A DNA stretch of 64,000 nt from the NCBI GenBank assembly GCA_036339735.1, contig JAYZAL010000101.1, positions 8,537 to 72,536 of the forward strand, read 5' to 3'. The notes under the pieces were generated by a model, which was not told where the DNA came from, did not search any database, and worked only from the letters and a program-made list of their open reading frames with translations. Shown here piece by piece: positions 59,538 to 64,000 of the stretch; positions within the stretch are counted from its first letter, which is position 1; each line of letters opens with the position of its first letter. The DNA comes from Candidatus Poribacteria bacterium (lineage in GTDB: Bacteria; Poribacteria; WGA-4E; UBA9662). Both the position numbers and the translations under genes were made by a program.

Positions 59538-60926
59538 ATGGCAAAACAGCCTAACATTTTATTGTTTGGAATTGACTCTTTACTAGCAACTCACATGAGT
59601 TGTTACGGCTATTATCGACATACGACCCCTCACATTGATCGATTTGCTGAAGGGGGAACCTTGTTTGAAAAAACCTACAGCGCCCATATTCCAACGACTA
59701 GTGCATATGCCTCAATGTTGACTGGAATGGATACCTTCGGTACACAGGTTGTGGCTTTACGCCACAAAGGCGGTCTTCGGTCAGAAGTTACGACATTGCC
59801 CGAAATTCTACGGGAACAAGGCTACGAAACTACTTGTATTGGTTTTAGTGGTAATCCCAGCAGCCGTGGTTTTGATAATTATCTAGATTACAAAGCTAGT
59901 TGGGGTAGTTGGGCCGCGGGTCGTAGTCCCAAAGCCCAAAGCCTAAACGAAGTAGCAATTCCGGAATTAGAGCGCCTCGCTGGTCAAAACCAACCTTTTT
60001 TTCTATTCTTACGGCATATGGATCCCCACTCACCTTACTTGCCCCCAGAGCCGTATGAGCGGATGTTTTACCACGGGAATGAATGCGATCCAAACAATCA
60101 GTCAATGGATCCAGTAATGAATTTTAAACCTTTTTGTGATTATTTTGCTACTTGGATGCCACCCGGTATTACTGATGCGGAATACGTAATTGCCCAATAT
60201 GATGGTGCTATTGCCTATATGGATGCATGTATTCAATCCATTTTTAACACTTTGGAGGCAATTGGTATTTTGGATGATACAATCGTCGTTTTGAATGGAG
60301 ATCATGGAGAGACTCTATATGACCACGAATGTTGGTTTGACCATCATGGACTATATGATGTTACTCTACATGTACCATTGATTGTTCGTTATCCGCAGAA
60401 AGTTCCAGCAGGTAGAAGAGTCGTCGGTTATAACCAACACAAAGATCTCGTGCCAACAATACTCGAACTGGCCGAAATTGATAGTGGTATCAGTTTCGAT
60501 GGACAGAGTCTAATACCGATGGTTAACGGCCAAATTACTTCCCACGAATCGGAAATTTATATTACCGAGTGTACTTGGATGAGAAAACATGGGTGGCGTA
60601 CGCCGGAATGGAAACTGATTCGGGCCTTGGAGCCAGACTTCCACTTTAAACCAGAGGTTGAACTTTACAACCTGATTTCGGACCCAGATGAGTACGAGAA
60701 TCAAGCTGAAAAACAACCCGAACTGGTTGAATTACTGACAAAACGAATGAATAATTGGATTTCAGATAGAGAATCAGCCACCGGTTTAGCTAATCCGATT
60801 TTTAACCAAGGCGATTGGCACGGGAAGGCCGGTATAGGACCCTTCAAAACTTCACAACAGGCCTACGATACACTTCATATCGGGGATCCCGGTCAAGCAG
60901 CCAAACTGCAAGCACGTTCGAGATAG
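59538..60926 (+). CDS. Sulfatase-fold (alkaline phosphatase superfamily) hydrolase with atypical active-site motif
   Basis: PNIL...DSL, TPHIDRFA..G, DPHSPY, GDHGE, HVPLI and ELYNL..DP.E. The motif position reads TTSAYASMLTG. Confidence 0.88.
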   Translation: MAKQPNILLFGIDSLLATHMSCYGYYRHTTPHIDRFAEGGTLFEKTYSAHIPTTSAYASMLTGMDTFGTQVVALRHKGGLRSEVTTLPEILREQGYETTCIGFSGNPSSRGFDNYLDYKASWGSWAAGRSPKAQSLNEVAIPELERLAGQNQPFFLFLRHMDPHSPYLPPEPYERMFYHGNECDPNNQSMDPVMNFKPFCDYFATWMPPGITDAEYVIAQYDGAIAYMDACIQSIFNTLEAIGILDDTIVVLNGDHGETLYDHECWFDHHGLYDVTLHVPLIVRYPQKVPAGRRVVGYNQHKDLVPTILELAEIDSGISFDGQSLIPMVNGQITSHESEIYITECTWMRKHGWRTPEWKLIRALEPDFHFKPEVELYNLISDPDEYENQAEKQPELVELLTKRMNNWISDRESATGLANPIFNQGDWHGKAGIGPFKTSQQAYDTLHIGDPGQAAKLQARSR

Positions 60927-61351
60927 TAGATCAGGTTCGGCTTCATCTAACTAAAGTTGAATAATTGCAGGTAGACAAATAGTAGAAACAACCCGTTCTG
61001 TCGTAACTATTCGATTTTTGTCTGGGGCACTACATAATGTTTATTGGATGAGGACGGAGTCTGCTAGTTCAAGGCTTGTGGTAAGATCGTTTTCTAAGGT
61101 TGTAAAGTTTGTTCAATTGGATTGATTAGTTTCACTTGTAATCGTTCTCAAATACGGAAAAGCAATTGACAGATTTTCCGTGGGAGTGAGTGTTGATCAT
61201 TTTGGCCTTGTTTTTGTCAGCTTTTATCTACCTCAGGACTACGAAATGTCCAAACAGTTAAGCAACCTAATCGGTAAGTATTATGTTTTTGGTTTCCCAA
61301 ATCAAGCAATCATAGTTTTTTATCATTGGGATATGAAAGGTTTATAAGCCG

Positions 61352-62383
61352 TTGATTATCAAAAGTAAAAGCTATGCTCGAATTGGTTTAATAGGCAACC
61401 CTTCTGATGGATACAATGGGAAGACTATCTCCTGTTCTATAAGTAATTTCTGGGCTAGTACCACTCTATGGGAAAGCCCTAATTTGCAAATCGAGCTGAA
61501 TCCAAGTTGTGATCCAACTAACTTTGAATCTCTTAGCCAGCTACACCAATTAACCGAGGAAAACGGTTATTATGGAGGTTTAAGGCTAATTCAGGCCAGT
61601 TGCAAAAAGTTTTATGAGTATTGTCAGGAGGTACATATTGAATTGCCGCGGAAGAATTTCACTTGTACCTACAATACTAATATTCCCCGTCAAATTGGGT
61701 TGGGTGGTTCCAGTGCCATTATAACTGCTATGATGAAGTCCTTGATGCAGTTTTACAATTTAGGCCATGATCAAATTGATAAACGTATACTACCAAGTCT
61801 TATTTTGAGTGTAGAGACAGAAGAACTTGGTATTAATGCGGGCTTACAAGATCGTGTCGTTCAAGTCTATGGTGGTACTGTATTCATGGACTTTTCAAAA
61901 GAAGTAATGGACAAAGTAGGAACCTATGAGTTTGGTCATTACGAATCTCTGGATTCAGCACTAGTCCCTCCATTATTTTTGGCTTATCTTTCTGCACCTT
62001 CTGATTCAGGAAAAATTCACAGTGATGTGAATTTTCGATATCAAAATAATGACCCTGAAGTCGTATCTGCCATGCGTACTTTTGCAGACTATGCAAGTTC
62101 TTTCCGTTTTGTAATGAAAAATGGGGATGTTGAACGAATCAAAGAATTAATGAACCAGAACTTTGATCTGCGTCGGCGAATTTTTGGTGATATTGTGATT
62201 GGTTCCAAAAATTTAGAGATGATAGAGATTGCCCGCCGTTATGGCTGCCCTGCTAAATTTGCTGGCTCAAGTGGTGCAGTAATCGGCATATATGAAAACT
62301 TGGCACAACTACAGCAACTTATCCAAGCTTATCAAGATAAAGATTACAAACTGATCAAGTTAGCGATTGGTGAAGATCAATAA
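61352..62383 (+). CDS. GHMP kinase, glucuronokinase-like
   Basis: YARIGLIGNPSD, GYYGG.RL, TNIPRQIGLGGSSAI, ELGI.AGLQDRV.QVYGG, SDSGKIHS and NFDLRR.IFG. Confidence 0.82.
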   Translation: MIIKSKSYARIGLIGNPSDGYNGKTISCSISNFWASTTLWESPNLQIELNPSCDPTNFESLSQLHQLTEENGYYGGLRLIQASCKKFYEYCQEVHIELPRKNFTCTYNTNIPRQIGLGGSSAIITAMMKSLMQFYNLGHDQIDKRILPSLILSVETEELGINAGLQDRVVQVYGGTVFMDFSKEVMDKVGTYEFGHYESLDSALVPPLFLAYLSAPSDSGKIHSDVNFRYQNNDPEVVSAMRTFADYASSFRFVMKNGDVERIKELMNQNFDLRRRIFGDIVIGSKNLEMIEIARRYGCPAKFAGSSGAVIGIYENLAQLQQLIQAYQDKDYKLIKLAIGEDQ

Positions 62384-63013
62384 TCTTGACCTCCAACATG
62401 AAAAACGGATTCTAAGTGACTTGCCTTTCTCCAAAATACACCCAGATATAAAAAGAGCCTATTCTGCTAAGAATGAGCGATCTTTTTGCTGTGAAAATTT
62501 TCTTTTTCTTCTCAAGTTTGATTGGAATATTCTGTGATTTTTTCTTTTTTCTACAACATTTTTTGATTTCCATTTGATACGAAAAGGTTACCCCTTTTGA
62601 TATTACGATTCTGTTCACATTAGCTTTTTGTCCGATCAAAATGAAGTAAGTACCCTAAGTGCAGATCTAACATATTTGAGAATAAGTTCACCTCTAGAAT
62701 AGTCAAAAATTTGTAAATCTGATAGAATCTAGGTGCATAGCGTAAACTACCCACCTAGATTCGAGACAAATTCGGTGACTTTCAGGCGCGACACAAAGCT
62801 AAAGTCATAGTCTACTAAGCTAATTTGGTAAACCTTCAATTATGAGGAGGCTTACCTATATTACTAGGTTGATTTGTTTGAATGTTTTAGTCGTTTTTTG
62901 ACTAAACTATTAAATCTAAGAATACGTTGAATTACTCAACGGTATAGTTACTAGTGAAAAAGTGACTTCCACTTTGCAGGCATGAACTTTATTTTTCAAT
63001 CATTTTTGTATCA

Positions 63014-64000
63014 ATGAGAAACTTTATTAATTTCCTACTTTTTTCCTTTTCCTTAACTGGTTTTTCTGAAGTACATCATTGGTGGTTACTAAACGACGGA
63101 ACACTGGTTCACTCAATTTTTCAGGGAAAACGCGTTGAAATTGATCCGAAGTTACTATTCGCAGAGAGGCGTTCCAAAATCGCTATTAACCCATCAGACG
63201 CAAGTTGCTGGGTGACTAATTCATTTCAAGGTCAAGTTACCAACTATACTGTTGATAATAAAAAGCCATTAATACTCAAAGGTTTTGCTGCACCTACTTC
63301 ATTGACTCTGTCCAATAATAAAATTTGGGTGGTTGACTCTGCTTTGAATAGAATCGTAACTGCGAGTTTGGATGGAAAGATAATAAAAACAATTCCTATC
63401 CAATCAGCAAAAAGTGTGGCGGTCTTAGGTAGTGACCAATGGGTATTAACTTGGCGTGGACTTCAGAAACTCACTGATGACGGATTATCTCCTGCTGTCT
63501 TAACTAAAGTTACTCACCTAACTACGAATAACCAGCAAATTTGGTGCCTAGATCAGAAGGGTCTGATCTATACTTTTCGGAATCGGGTAGATCTAAACAG
63601 GGCTAAATTTTCTATTCCTGATGCAGTGGATATTGCTTCTACCGATGATGGGGGGGCTTGGCTGCTAAGACATGATATGGTTATTCGGCTAACAGACAAA
63701 CTTATACCAATAGGTGAAATTACAGGTGTAAAAAAGCCCAAAAAATTGATCCGACAACCTACTGACCATTCGGTTTGGTTAATCGATACAGAGTTCGACC
63801 GGTCAGTTCGTTTACCCCGGCTTAATAACCTGTCTAATGTAAAATTGATAGCTGCAATTGGTTGGAACCAAGTTCGAAAAACTAAGCAGGTTAAAACTGT
63901 AATAGCCACTGATTTAAAATGGAATCTCTTTTCGAGAAACAATAAAAAAGAACAACGCTCTATAGTTCAGTCAACAGACAATTCAAAAGTAAAAATAAGT
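63014..64000 (+). CDS. Exported NHL/beta-propeller repeat protein, truncated by the window end
   Basis: Translated by hand: MRNFINFLLFSFSLTGFS..., IAINPSDASCWVTN, FAAPTSLTL...IWVVDSALNRI. Absent from the ORF track, consistent with having no stop before the edge. Confidence 0.7.
   Translation, partial: MRNFINFLLFSFSLTGFSEVHHWWLLNDGTLVHSIFQGKRVEIDPKLLFAERRSKIAINPSDASCWVTNSFQGQVTNYTVDNKKPLILKGFAAPTSLTLSNNKIWVVDSALNRIVTASLDGKIIKTIPIQSAKSVAVLGSDQWVLTWRGLQKLTDDGLSPAVLTKVTHLTTNNQQIWCLDQKGLIYTFRNRVDLNRAKFSIPDAVDIASTDDGGAWLLRHDMVIRLTDKLIPIGEITGVKKPKKLIRQPTDHSVWLIDTEFDRSVRLPRLNNLSNVKLIAAIGWNQVRKTKQVKTVIATDLKWNLFSRNNKKEQRSIVQSTDNSKVKIS

Noticed and set aside
62412-62639. 75-aa Lys-rich minus-strand ORF and surrounding AT-rich spacer
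   Set aside because: It reflects T-tracts and has no coding hallmarks or recognisable RNA motif.
63568-63942. 124-aa minus-strand ORF
   Set aside because: It is the shadow of the plus-strand beta-propeller gene starting at 63014.

Overview
Gene-dense, moderately AT-rich bacterial chromosome segment with about 58 CDS. I found no rRNA, tRNA, CRISPR array, prophage or transposase. The source is inferred to be a diderm lineage like Candidatus Poribacteria, from secreted LamG/DUF1080-like proteins ending in a short 'V..xxKxxxxWxxxK' tail together with PhyH-type dioxygenases and a sulfatase-fold protein. Housekeeping genes are purC, nrdR-nrdJ-prs, a short rsmH-ftsL-ftsI-murE cluster, dnaK, coaX, rluB, menG/ubiE, aroE, zapA, pyk and rpiA. 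The most unusual observations are: (1) an NrdR with two extra tandem HTH domains, upstream of which lie its own NrdR boxes and a second palindrome; (2) a locus combining two kinds of C-terminally tagged secreted proteins with TonB and a PorV-like barrel; (3) a sigma54-driven TonB-like protein ending in DUF4159; (4) a sigma54-driven receiver-DnaK paralog pair; (5) a cohesin/TPR/beta-barrel trio; (6) plant-type glucuronokinase and archaeal-type beta-RFAP synthase genes. All family calls come from motif recognition by eye, and no searches were run.
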